Virus record (IMG/VR): IMGVR_UViG_2703718772_000011
DNA: 64,000 nucleotides
Reading direction: 5' to 3' (one strand)
Source: a virus
Taxonomy: Duplodnaviria; Heunggongvirae; Uroviricota; Caudoviricetes
A program made the position numbers and the translations under genes. The notes beneath the pieces are model-generated. The model had not been told where the DNA came from and searched no databases. It was given only the letters and a program-made list of their open reading frames with translations. Below are positions 39,231 to 48,258 of the stretch, piece after piece; the first letter of the stretch is position 1, and every line of letters starts with the position of its first letter.

Positions 39231-39577
39231 TGCTTTGCCTCATGCCACTTTTGCTTCAGGAGATAGCCTTCCAGGGGCCAGATTTGATCGATAGCATCTT
39301 TTCGAGCGTACTCGCGACCAACATCAAAGTTGAAGATTTCTGGTCTTACGCACGCAGATTTTCCCGTTACGGTATATCCATTTTTGAGAACCATAACGCA
39401 GAACGTTAAGAGTTTTAACGACTCATGACATTTGTCGATATCTGTTTTTGAATTGTAAACGGAGATGAAGTTATCCCCGTGGCTGGCATCATATGCAGTG
39501 AAATAATGTTCACTTTGAATGAGTTGTTCAATGTGTTCAGGGGTGACTTTTAGTGGTGTGTTATCTTTGCTGGTCAT
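39227..39577 (-). CDS. hypothetical protein (116 aa)
   Basis: ORF overlapping the grx start. Confidence 0.5.
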   Translation of the reverse strand: MTSKDNTPLKVTPEHIEQLIQSEHYFTAYDASHGDNFISVYNSKTDIDKCHESLKLLTFCVMVLKNGYTVTGKSACVRPEIFNFDVGREYARKDAIDQIWPLEGYLLKQKWHEAKQ

Positions 39578-39619
39578 TATTTCTTCCTACAAAGTTCGTA
39601 GACTTGACTCTTTCAGTTG

Positions 39620-39650
39620 CAAAAAAGGGGCCGAAGCCCCTTTGAATTTT
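39620..39650. terminator. bidirectional terminator (aaaaaa-ggggc-cgaa-gcccc-tttgaatttt)
   Basis: GC stem flanked by A6 and T-rich tract; ends the tRNA/hairpin transcription unit. Confidence 0.7.
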
Positions 39651-39718
39651 GCGCTGAAAAAAAGTGTTGCTAGGATGTTAGCAAGCTATGGTTAAGAACG
39701 TCTGCCGTAATTGTCTAT

Positions 39719-39796
39719 CACAGCGTTGAGCGGTCTGGTTTATGTTAGCGGAGTCTTAATCTGGGTGATTAAAAGGCCAAACCGCTCAACGCTGTG
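39719..39796. ncRNA. tRNA-sized stem-loop element 1 (16-bp stem cacagcgttgagcggt / accgctcaacgctgtg)
   Basis: Related stem sequence recurs at 39986, 40116 and 40727. Confidence 0.35.
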
Positions 39797-39798
39797 TC

Positions 39799-39885
39799 TG
39801 GCGGAGAGTAATGGAATCGAACCATCATCGCTTGCGCAATGGGACGGTTTTCAAGACCGCTTGAGCACCATGCTCCCTACTCTCC
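39799..39885 (-). tRNA. tRNA-Ser (anticodon TGA), class II with long variable arm
   Basis: Hand-folded: acceptor ggagagt/actctcc, anticodon loop cttgaaa, T-loop ttcgatt, ends GCCA; D-arm somewhat atypical. Confidence 0.65.
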
Positions 39886-39985
39886 GGCTATTGTGATGGT
39901 CGGTGCTGAACTCCGACACAGGGTTGTAGCAAGCCCCGCAAAGCGCGCACTACTGTAGTTGCGGCACATCAGCCTGTGCATTCAT

Positions 39986-40064
39986 CACAACGGTAAGATC
40001 ACTACCTTTCGACCAGTCATTGTGCACATGAACGACGATTAACCGTAATGATCTTATCGTTGTG
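39986..40064. ncRNA. tRNA-sized stem-loop element 2 (cacaacggtaagatc / gatcttatcgttgtg)
   Basis: Paralogous to elements at 39719, 40116, 40727. Confidence 0.3.
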
Positions 40065-40115
40065 TTGTGAAGCCAGATGCTTATCTTCTGGTTGCTTCAA
40101 AGAGCTGCACTTCCT

Positions 40116-40204
40116 CACAACGGTAAGAGCACTGGTCTGACTCTATCGATTTACGGGCTTGTGGGTCAGTATCGCCGATTCGCCCAATGCTCTTACCTGT
40201 TGTG
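40116..40204. ncRNA. tRNA-sized stem-loop element 3 (cacaacggtaagagc / gctcttacctgttgtg)
   Basis: Abuts tRNA-Thr; no canonical T-loop found. Confidence 0.3.
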
Positions 40205-40205
40205 T

Positions 40206-40282
40206 TGGTGCCGGTTAACGGGATCGAACCGCTGACATCCTGCTTACAAGGCAGACGCTCTACCAACTGAGCTAAACCGGCA
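40206..40282 (-). tRNA. tRNA-Thr (anticodon TGT)
   Basis: Acceptor tgccggt/accggca, D-arm agctcagttggtagagc, anticodon loop cttgtaa, T-loop ttcgatc, CCA encoded. Confidence 0.85.
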
Positions 40283-40285
40283 ATT

Positions 40286-40372
40286 TGGTGGGGAGTGATG
40301 GAGTCGAACCACCCGAGTCGCAATGACAGTAGATTTACAGTCTACCCCGCTGCCCCTACGGACTAACTCCCC
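40286..40372 (-). tRNA. tRNA-Tyr (anticodon GTA), long variable arm
   Basis: Acceptor ggggagt/actcccc, anticodon arm gtaga-ctgtaaa-tctac, T-loop ttcgact, CCA encoded. Confidence 0.8.
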
Positions 40373-40377
40373 TAAAT

Positions 40378-40452
40378 TGGCGATGGTGGGTGGATTCGAA
40401 CCACCGACCAGTTGGTTAACAGCCAACTGCTCTACCGCTGAGCTACACCATC
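40378..40452 (-). tRNA. tRNA-Asn (anticodon GTT)
   Basis: Acceptor gatggtg/caccatc, D-arm gctc-agcggta-gagc, anticodon arm gttgg-ctgttaa-ccaac, T-arm ggtgg-ttcgaat-ccacc, CCA encoded. Confidence 0.9.
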
Positions 40453-40726
40453 AATTCAGCACTGCCAGTATTTATTACTCAACAGTGCCAATCGCGACGG
40501 TTTAGTTTCTGCCAGGAAACGCACCGCTACTTGCACTTTTCGTTAGTGCCAGACGCTTTCGACTTCGCTCAATAGTAGAAGGCAAAATCTTTAAGTAGAT
40601 GATGTTTCTGAGGACAGCACCTACTTTGTAATTTATACAATGTGATATATGGAATCATTTGTTGTGAAAACAGGCACCAATGGCAACAGTGGTTAAACCT
40701 ACACAACAATCCCGTCTTCACAACGT

Positions 40727-40841
40727 TGAGGCCACTACTCCGATTGAATGTTTGCCCAACATGTTACATATCAACGCTCGCCGGTATCTCTGTGAATAGA
40801 ACCTTAGAATTGATAAAAATGTAATGGCCTCAACGTTGTGT
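40727..40841. ncRNA. long stem-loop element 4 (cacaacgttgaggcc / ggcctcaacgttgtg)
   Basis: 15-bp perfect arms about 85 nt apart inside a 700-bp ORF-free region that also holds hairpins at 40921..40994 and 41003..41026. Confidence 0.3.
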
Positions 40842-41230
40842 GCTGGCTAACCATACCAGCCGGGCTACGTCGCCGCTTTTTAACCCAGTATAAACGACAT
40901 AATTGAACAAAATGACGTAACAGAATGGGCGGTCAGTGGCTAAGAATCCGGGAGTCATATGGAGTTGAAAATATACCAACCGCCCATTCTGTTACTTCAT
41001 CGGAGGGAACATGAATGTTCCCTCCTGCGTTCTGCAATCACACTCGCTCAGTGTGTCCCATTTCGGTAACGAGGCTGGAAACTGACCTCGCTGGTGTTTG
41101 GCTTATTAGGCTACTGCCAGATAGACTTCTTCGTTTGCACTTGTATTTAAGTTCAAACAGTCGCGTCTCAACGAAAACAAAGTCATCTTATACATAAAAG
41201 ATAAGTAAGTAAATACTTATCATGATGTTT

Positions 41231-41521
41231 TTATTCGGTTGTGACTTTTTTGATCAAGGCCACTCTACGACTAGGTGTTCTTGTGATGGTGGCAGTGAAT
41301 CGTTTCGCCTGGATAGTAATGGTTTCGTTCTCCTTAAGTTGCCCGTAGCGAGTTTCCACCAGGGTGCCAAGACGCCACAGACCATCATCGATACGTTTAT
41401 GACTAGCAAATTTAATCAGCAACAGTTTTACGACTAACTGACCTACGTAAAAGGCGAATGCGACTCCGGCCGCTAAGAAATAGGTGGCCAACCACCAGTC
41501 CCAAGAAGTTAAATTGCTCAT
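41231..41521 (-). CDS. membrane protein (96 aa)
   Basis: N-terminal transmembrane segment WWLATYFLAAGVAFAFYVGQLVV. Confidence 0.5.
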   Translation of the reverse strand: MSNLTSWDWWLATYFLAAGVAFAFYVGQLVVKLLLIKFASHKRIDDGLWRLGTLVETRYGQLKENETITIQAKRFTATITRTPSRRVALIKKVTTE

Positions 41522-41670
41522 TTTCTAACCTTTGTTTCATGAACTACCCGATACACACGCTTTCCGATGCACAGTGTTTTGGTTTTAAGTTCCTGCTTAA
41601 TTAAATCACGACAGATGCCGAAGCCGATAAGGAAGCCACCCATAAAAGCTAATGAGATGTATGGAATCAT
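41518..41670 (-). CDS. small membrane protein (50 aa; below ORF-track cutoff)
   Basis: Hand translation MIPYISLAFMGGFLIGFGIC...; stop overlaps next start (ATGA). Confidence 0.3.
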   Translation of the reverse strand: MIPYISLAFMGGFLIGFGICRDLIKQELKTKTLCIGKRVYRVVHETKVRK

Positions 41671-41882
41671 TTTAACACTCCTGATTCTACTAATTGCTGT
41701 AGCAATACTTTCCCTTTATCAGTTAACTGGTAGTTGGCCGAGCACCACGTTTCAGAAACGTTTGCAACCAACCCTAAACGCTCTAACTTAGCTCGCGTTT
41801 TAGGCTTCCAGTACTCAGGGAACTCCGGCCACTTACTGATTTCATGAAGCGTTTCTTTCTCCCTTTTACTTAATACGATCAT
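41667..41882 (-). CDS. hypothetical protein (71 aa)
   Basis: Small ORF overlapping ligase stop. Confidence 0.45.
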   Translation of the reverse strand: MIVLSKREKETLHEISKWPEFPEYWKPKTRAKLERLGLVANVSETWCSANYQLTDKGKVLLQQLVESGVLK

Positions 41883-43201
41883 TCTTTATCTCCGATTCGA
41901 TCTTCGGTATCGCGTAAGCAACGCGGCCATTTCAGTCGTGGGTGGCGTAAGCTGCCGTCCGGTGTTTTCTCGTGACAATGAACCTCGACAATACGACCAC
42001 GGTACTTCTCTTTGTTGTTCCAGATCTCGTCCAGATATTTATGCTTAATGCCGCTCGCACGAACGATGACGCCGTTTTCAAGACGAATAACAATTTTTCC
42101 AAGTGTGTTGGCAAAACCAGAGTCCGGGTCGCCCGGCTCAAAGTCGATAATTTCACCATCTTCTGAATCTTCGTCTTTTAACTTCCACCAGCTGCGGGTA
42201 CGTTTAAACTCGTAAACAGAGTTCGGATCTTTGCCCATCTCCCCTTCTTCGTTATCGTCCAGGCGTTTCATGAAGCGTTCGATGAAGTCTTCGTGGCTAT
42301 GGATGATGTAGAACGGATGCAGGTGAATGTCTCGTGCGTAGCCTTCACTGCGATCGTTTTTGAACAACGCCACGAGCATAGCCAGGCGCTCTTTCAGCTT
42401 CATACCTGTCTTTGCATACTCTTTGGATTTAGCCTGTGCCCGCCATTCCGGTAGGAAGAAGTCGAAAACATGATAAATAGCGCCAATTGCCTGCACGTTC
42501 TTTTTGCGCAATGCAGATACGGACTGGTTAAATGAACCGGCTGTTCCTTCACCATCGAAGAAGATGTGTTTGTGGCCTGAAAGTTTGCCTAATTCGAGCA
42601 TTGCTGGCTTTAGGTGATCGAGAGACGTGATTGGATTACCAGTACGAGAAAGGAAGTTAACCTCTTCCTCGTCAACAATAACCTCGCAAATTACTCGCAA
42701 ACCATCGAGCTTAAGACTGCCAATCATCGGCCATTTTGCTTTAGGATTTGGCTTGAAGGGGTATTTGTCGCCTTTTTCTTTATACGGTGACGCCAGCTGC
42801 ACCTCGAATTTCGGAATGGGATTTTCAAAAACCTTGTTGCATAGGCTAATCCCAACACCTGCTTTCGGGTCTTTTAAGAGGAAACGACGGAACACGTCCT
42901 GCCCATCGGCGCACATTGACGCCACGATAGACTCAACAGCTGCTATTGCTGCGTTCCCCGTCAGCTCGCGAGAGGCCAGCTTATTCAGTACATCAATGGC
43001 TTTTTCGTCACTTGGGACGGACTCACTAAGCGGCTCTGCCACTTTGTATTTCTTTACCCCAAAACGGATGAAAGGGTTGAGCATCAATGAAACCATGCTT
43101 TGTTCAAAGTCATCCATGTTGGCCAATGCCTCTTTTTTTGCATTGGTTCCCATAGCTTTCATTTCGTCCAGCTTATGCTTAAGTGCGATCAACTTTTTCA
43201 T
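41879..43201 (-). CDS. ATP-dependent DNA ligase-like nucleotidyltransferase
   Basis: Motif I KLDGLR (K-x-D-G-x-R); 440 aa. An RNA-ligase identity cannot be excluded by eye. Confidence 0.7.
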   Translation of the reverse strand: MKKLIALKHKLDEMKAMGTNAKKEALANMDDFEQSMVSLMLNPFIRFGVKKYKVAEPLSESVPSDEKAIDVLNKLASRELTGNAAIAAVESIVASMCADGQDVFRRFLLKDPKAGVGISLCNKVFENPIPKFEVQLASPYKEKGDKYPFKPNPKAKWPMIGSLKLDGLRVICEVIVDEEEVNFLSRTGNPITSLDHLKPAMLELGKLSGHKHIFFDGEGTAGSFNQSVSALRKKNVQAIGAIYHVFDFFLPEWRAQAKSKEYAKTGMKLKERLAMLVALFKNDRSEGYARDIHLHPFYIIHSHEDFIERFMKRLDDNEEGEMGKDPNSVYEFKRTRSWWKLKDEDSEDGEIIDFEPGDPDSGFANTLGKIVIRLENGVIVRASGIKHKYLDEIWNNKEKYRGRIVEVHCHEKTPDGSLRHPRLKWPRCLRDTEDRIGDKE

Positions 43202-43680
43202 TGTTGTTTTGCCTCCATATGTTGATCGATTTGCTCATGTGTTTCTTTTGTTGTTTCTTCAAGCAACGCCGCATACACGTCAGTGATCGCTGTTTGTGAT
43301 GTGGCGCTCTTCTTAACCATGCTATTAATCGTTACACTGTCACGTTTTCGTTTTATAGTTCTGGCTTGTTTATTCCGTTCTTCAACCTCCTTAATGAGTG
43401 CGGTCATATCTTCGAAATACAGAGATTCTCCTTTACGAATCTCTTCAACCATCATTTTTAACGCCTTGCATTTGCCTGCTTTGATAGCGGTTGCGCACGA
43501 CTGGAATGAAGTTCGAGGAAGACGGTTTTCTTTGAAGGCAAGAATGGTGTGCTGGCAAACGGAGTAGCTGCAATATGCCGACTCACCGTTTATCTTTACT
43601 TCCTCACAACGAAGTGAATAACCATTATTTCCTGAAATAGAGGGGATTTTTGACAAATCAGCTTTCACAACTACCGCCAT
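43198..43680 (-). CDS. hypothetical protein (160 aa)
   Basis: ORF. Confidence 0.5.
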   Translation of the reverse strand: MAVVVKADLSKIPSISGNNGYSLRCEEVKINGESAYCSYSVCQHTILAFKENRLPRTSFQSCATAIKAGKCKALKMMVEEIRKGESLYFEDMTALIKEVEERNKQARTIKRKRDSVTINSMVKKSATSQTAITDVYAALLEETTKETHEQIDQHMEAKQQ

Positions 43681-43735
43681 AAATAATCTTGTACTTACCT
43701 ATCGTTATTTGCGTAAAAAACGACGCGCGGAGAGA

Positions 43736-44512
43736 TTACCAACTTCCCCAGCTAATCATCTTGCGCTGATTGCTTTCTAAGCGATAGGGGGCAAGAAGCT
43801 CTGTGACATGATTGGTGGCGTATGATTTAGCCTCTTGCTCTATCATCGGTAATTCGTTAGCAATCCTGACCACCTTCCAAGCAAATTCCGCCATTACGCC
43901 ATCACATGCCTTCCCAGCATCAATAACGATATGCACCAGATCCAACTGGCTTTTGCACATGTCGCAAAGAGACGCATACTCACTCTCTCTGATTACATTT
44001 ACGGCATCATTAGCCCCTTTATTAAGCAAGACTTCCAACAGATTTTTCGGGGTAACGAAATCTGCTTTCAGAGATAATGTCTTTTCACCACTTATCGAAC
44101 GCAAGTACTCTTCGTAGTTATTCTTCATCAAACCGCTGCTGCGCATTGCTAGAACTGCTTCTTGAATGGCCGCTTCAATAGTTTCGTCGTTTGAAAGACA
44201 AAAAACGGTATTTGTGTAGATCACTCTGCCATCAAGCCATGCTCCAACCTGCACTTTAAGACTGAGCGGGTTTTCTTTGCTAATAAAAACAACTAATGCA
44301 GAACGTCGTGCACAAGAAGGTTCACCCCATACGTGTAACTTAACCTTCAGATAAGGTAGCCCCGGTAGCGGGATCTCGACCAAACGAGTGGCGATATGAT
44401 CCATTGCTGTTTTTACCGCTTTTTCAATGATGTCTAGTCGATTGCTCTCGCTGATTTCTAAACCAGTTTTATCAATGATGTCGCAGGCTAATTTCTGAAT
44501 TTCGTCTTTCAT
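43736..44512 (-). CDS. hypothetical protein (258 aa)
   Basis: ORF. Confidence 0.5.
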   Translation of the reverse strand: MKDEIQKLACDIIDKTGLEISESNRLDIIEKAVKTAMDHIATRLVEIPLPGLPYLKVKLHVWGEPSCARRSALVVFISKENPLSLKVQVGAWLDGRVIYTNTVFCLSNDETIEAAIQEAVLAMRSSGLMKNNYEEYLRSISGEKTLSLKADFVTPKNLLEVLLNKGANDAVNVIRESEYASLCDMCKSQLDLVHIVIDAGKACDGVMAEFAWKVVRIANELPMIEQEAKSYATNHVTELLAPYRLESNQRKMISWGSW

Positions 44513-44587
44513 ACCAACTCCTAGCTAACAGATGAAAGTATTCTTACAGAAAGATAAGTAATCATCTACTTATTTTAGCGGCACTTG

Positions 44588-45769
44588 TTACGATAGCGCC
44601 TTAATGCCCAAAACCTTGCTTTGCAACTCCAACTGTTTGGTATACGGTTTTGCCCGATAATAGGCTTTGATAATTTGTTCTGGCGTTGCATCGCCTGGGT
44701 CGAGTCCTTCCTCGCCCAAACATGCTACTTTGACATTAAGACCAATACTGGTCAGTCGCCTGGCTGCGGCCATAGTGTTGCGTATAGCTTGCTTTTCACT
44801 ATCCCACATCATGATCACATTACGTAATCCACGCGCCTTGAGCGTCAGGAACGCGCCCAACTGATCTTCTGCATCCTGAGTGGTGTTACCAGATAGATGC
44901 ATCCCGAACGTTCCTATCGGTTCCACGTAGTCACGTAATGTTTCTTCATCAAAAATAGCTCGTTTAACTCCCATAACATCGAACGCCCCCTCACAGACAA
45001 CTACAGTCTGTTTGCCGACCGCATTATGGCCGTTGTAGAGAAACTTACCTGAAGCTGGAAGCTGCATAGGAAAGAGGTAGCGACGTTCAGCTGTACCGGT
45101 AATGTCTCGCCCCTGAAATGTCTTCATTACCCCATCCAGATCGTAAACCGGTATCAGTATTCGCATATCGAATATCTGTCCTTTAACCTGATCTGTATAC
45201 GGATCTACATAAGCGTGCTTGCCTTCGACGCAGTATCGTAGGTCAAAATACTTTGCCATTTCAGGCGATATGTTTCGTTCAACCAGATAGTCTGGAAGAC
45301 GGCCATCTATAGGAAGTTCGTAATGACGAGGGAGTGCAAGTGGTCCCTCTAACTCGACTGTGCTTGCAAGCACTATCTCTTCTTTCTTTGGTGCCCACCC
45401 CTGGGAAAGAAGGGCGTTCTGCACATATTCCTCGAACTGTCGTCGTGATTTGCCGCTGTAGTGCTTGAGGAAGACCAGCTTATTGAACTGAATCTCTTCG
45501 GGATGATCACCAGCGAAGCATTTACCGACGCCACTGGTCAGATTGAAATATACCTTCCAGTTGGAGCTGCCACATACCGGACACTCCTTGATATTCACTT
45601 CACGACCGCGAGTACTCACGCCTCCACGTCGATAAACGATACCTTCAGTATCCAACCATTGTTCAAAATCTAATTCGGTAATTAGCTCTTTCAGCTCGCT
45701 CACGATAATTCCACTTTTAACAGGCAATATTGTGACCAACCTAAATGTTGATATAACATAAAGGCTCAT
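44588..45769 (-). CDS. DNA primase (zinc-ribbon plus TOPRIM, DnaG-like)
   Basis: CPVCGSS...C zinc ribbon; TOPRIM blocks VVVCEGAFDVMG and MMWDSE. Start reset to the Met preceded by the conserved AAAGAAAAACACATG motif. Confidence 0.75.
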   Translation of the reverse strand: MSLYVISTFRLVTILPVKSGIIVSELKELITELDFEQWLDTEGIVYRRGGVSTRGREVNIKECPVCGSSNWKVYFNLTSGVGKCFAGDHPEEIQFNKLVFLKHYSGKSRRQFEEYVQNALLSQGWAPKKEEIVLASTVELEGPLALPRHYELPIDGRLPDYLVERNISPEMAKYFDLRYCVEGKHAYVDPYTDQVKGQIFDMRILIPVYDLDGVMKTFQGRDITGTAERRYLFPMQLPASGKFLYNGHNAVGKQTVVVCEGAFDVMGVKRAIFDEETLRDYVEPIGTFGMHLSGNTTQDAEDQLGAFLTLKARGLRNVIMMWDSEKQAIRNTMAAARRLTSIGLNVKVACLGEEGLDPGDATPEQIIKAYYRAKPYTKQLELQSKVLGIKALS

Positions 45770-45807
45770 GTGTTTTTCTTTTGTGGTTTGGCAAAAGAAA
45801 AGTTGTT

Positions 45808-45840
45808 TCACCAATGAATCAAGCGTGGAGGTGTTCTCCA
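45808..45840 (+). terminator. hairpin with plus-strand T-run (gcgtggag-gtgtt-ctccacgc-ttatttttt)
   Basis: Between two minus-strand genes; may terminate antisense transcription. Confidence 0.4.
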
Positions 45841-45850
45841 CGCTTATTTT

Positions 45851-47191
45851 TTAGGTAACGTCTAAGATTCGCTCAATGAAGCGCATTTGTTCGAGGTTTT
45901 GTTTAACACGAATGCTGATCCCTCCCTGCTGGTTACGTGAACCAGCAAAGTAGAGACGAGCCTCTCCTTTCGCTTCTTCTTCTTCGGTTTTGTTGATCGT
46001 TATTACCAGGTCAGCAATACGTACTTTTTCGATGTTGTCGGCAGCGTGCATCATTGTGGCAACTTCTGACGCGCCACCTTCACGGTTTGTCTGCGATGCC
46101 GTGATCCCAGCAACGTTATGCTTGTCATAAAGAGCACGTAAATCGGTGTAGATACTACGAATGTTGGCGCGATCATCACGAAGGTCATAACTGGCACGCA
46201 TCAAATCTGCGTAGTCGACAACAACCATGTCAGGCACCATGCCGTTGGCTTTCATGCTGTTAAGCATACGGTCCAGATCTGCCGGTGACATACTTCCTGA
46301 CGGACGCTCAACCACCCACAAACTACCAATCCCCTTCGTGGCTCCCAACTCTGCCAACTTACGATGAACCTCATCGCGCCGTTCCACCAGCTTGGACATT
46401 TCTGTCTCCGACAATCTTGCATCAAAACGGTCGGATAAAATGGTGGTGTGAACCTCCAGCGAGAGATACAGAACATTGTAGCCAGCAAGCGTTGCGTTTA
46501 TGGAAAACTCACCCATTGCGGTCGATTTACCGGATTTAGCGAACCCCATGAAGAGCACCATTTCGCGCTTTGCCCAGCCTTTTTGGTACAGCAACCTATC
46601 GAGAAGAGGGAGTCCAGTTGTAATACTGTTTGGTACATACTCCTCTGAAGCCTCATATTCACGCGCTTTCAATCGCTCACTTGCGGAGGTGTAGTAGTCA
46701 TAGATTCCGGTCGCTTCGTTCGATCCAATCTGCTGAACCTTGGCCATGATTGCCATCGCCCCCTGAAAGTCGCCCTTCTCTTTCAGTTCAGCAGCCTTAA
46801 TCAGAGCATCATCAAACGCTACGCTTTTTGCGAAGGTTGATACCTGGTCAACCATGTACGAGGTATCGGACAATTTTTCTGCAAGAATGCGCTTAAACGC
46901 AGCAACAACATCGGCGAATAGTTCCTCACGGATAGTCTTATCGCGTTTCGCACGCTTAAGCATATCCAGAATCGCAGATGAAGAGGGCGCGCTCTTGTAC
47001 ATACGGTAATAGCCCGAAACCATATTAACCAATATGGCATTGGCCGCATTGGCAAATTGGCTAGGTACAACCAGATCTCCAGCACGAGTAAGAAACTCGT
47101 GATCACGACAAAAATAGGCCGTCAATCTGTTCTGAAAATCTTCATCAAACTCTTCGGACAGCCCGCGTCCTGTATGGCAAAGTTCGGTCAT
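45851..47191 (-). CDS. replicative DNA helicase (DnaB family)
   Basis: GLPLLDRLL, Walker A GFAKSGKST, DYADLM, ASQTNRE blocks. Confidence 0.8.
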   Translation of the reverse strand: MTELCHTGRGLSEEFDEDFQNRLTAYFCRDHEFLTRAGDLVVPSQFANAANAILVNMVSGYYRMYKSAPSSSAILDMLKRAKRDKTIREELFADVVAAFKRILAEKLSDTSYMVDQVSTFAKSVAFDDALIKAAELKEKGDFQGAMAIMAKVQQIGSNEATGIYDYYTSASERLKAREYEASEEYVPNSITTGLPLLDRLLYQKGWAKREMVLFMGFAKSGKSTAMGEFSINATLAGYNVLYLSLEVHTTILSDRFDARLSETEMSKLVERRDEVHRKLAELGATKGIGSLWVVERPSGSMSPADLDRMLNSMKANGMVPDMVVVDYADLMRASYDLRDDRANIRSIYTDLRALYDKHNVAGITASQTNREGGASEVATMMHAADNIEKVRIADLVITINKTEEEEAKGEARLYFAGSRNQQGGISIRVKQNLEQMRFIERILDVT

Positions 47192-47234
47192 GTGCTTTCC
47201 TTTGTTTTTTAAACAAATTGTTTTCTAGTATTAG

Positions 47235-47984
47235 TTAATTAGATAGGGGATCAATAAACCGCCGTGCTTCTTCCAGTTCTTCTGGAAAGTGGGCGGAAAT
47301 AAGGCGCTCTGGAACGATTTCCATTAGCCAGATAGCGGAGAAAATTGTGCGTATGCGCTTGCTGCGAGGGATGGTGCGCAAACGCTCCAGAATCCACTCA
47401 AAATAGCTTTCCTGAATCGGGTTGAACTGCATGTCTCCCATATGCTTAAAGCTAACAAGAGAGTCATCCAGACGGGTTGTTGCGCGTCTGGCTAATTTCT
47501 CTTCAAATATCTCAATCAGTTCTGGCTGCCACAAATGCTGTGGGCGCGGCAGCTTGTCCCACAGCCGTCGTGCAGCTGCGGAAAGAACGGTGGAGATAAA
47601 GTAGTCGTATGAGCAGCAATAGCGATCCGCAAACTGGCGTGCTTTCCATAGCGACGTTTTATTGGCAGTCGACAACTCCTGATAAGGCAGACGTTTTAAC
47701 CCGGTGGTGAACGGAGCTGTTTCAAAGTGTTCGCGACCGTGCGTCAGCATGATATTTGAGTACTGACGTTTGTATGCCTCCGTAAAAAGACAGGTGGCCA
47801 TGAGAGGATGCATGTCGCGGTAATCAAACCACTTCGTCTCGAAGAGTTCAGCCTCGTCTTTACAGCGCGACAAACCAATGTTTTCAGCGACCCACTTGTC
47901 CATAACAGCGGTATTCCACTCTGTCATGAAGTCGTACTGGTCGTTGTCGATGGTATCGAAAAAGATTTGGCTCATGTGGCTCAC
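47235..47984 (-). CDS. hypothetical protein (249 aa)
   Basis: ORF upstream of the helicase gene. Confidence 0.5.
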   Translation of the reverse strand: MSHMSQIFFDTIDNDQYDFMTEWNTAVMDKWVAENIGLSRCKDEAELFETKWFDYRDMHPLMATCLFTEAYKRQYSNIMLTHGREHFETAPFTTGLKRLPYQELSTANKTSLWKARQFADRYCCSYDYFISTVLSAAARRLWDKLPRPQHLWQPELIEIFEEKLARRATTRLDDSLVSFKHMGDMQFNPIQESYFEWILERLRTIPRSKRIRTIFSAIWLMEIVPERLISAHFPEELEEARRFIDPLSN

Positions 47985-48092
47985 CTGGTAGGTAGTTACT
48001 TACTTATCACAATGAGCGGATGATAGCGACTGGTGGCAGTTTTTGGAAGTGGAAACGGAAGGGAGTTGTTCTGGTGGTGTCTTTTTAAAAGA

Positions 48093-48147
48093 CCTGCTTC
48101 TGTATATATTTAATAAGTTACTTATTATTTATATATACAGAAGCAGG
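48093..48147. repeat. 17-bp perfect inverted repeat (cctgcttctgtatatat / atatatacagaagcagg) with 21-nt AT-rich loop, copy 2 of 2
   Basis: Arms match the element at 1716..1776; loop contains AATAAGTTACTTATT. Confidence 0.8.
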
Positions 48148-48258
48148 CATAACTTGTCGTCTTAGACGCCCAGAAGCTCTACACTTTGAGCCTGTTAAAT
48201 TGATTAAAAACTTATGTGTAAAATAGAACGCATTAGTCAGTAGCTAAGAGATGCAATA

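Noticed and set aside
39986-40204. Calling the hairpin elements between the tRNAs as additional tRNA genes
   Set aside because: No canonical T-loop, D-arm or 7-nt anticodon loop could be folded by hand; kept as candidate structured RNAs.
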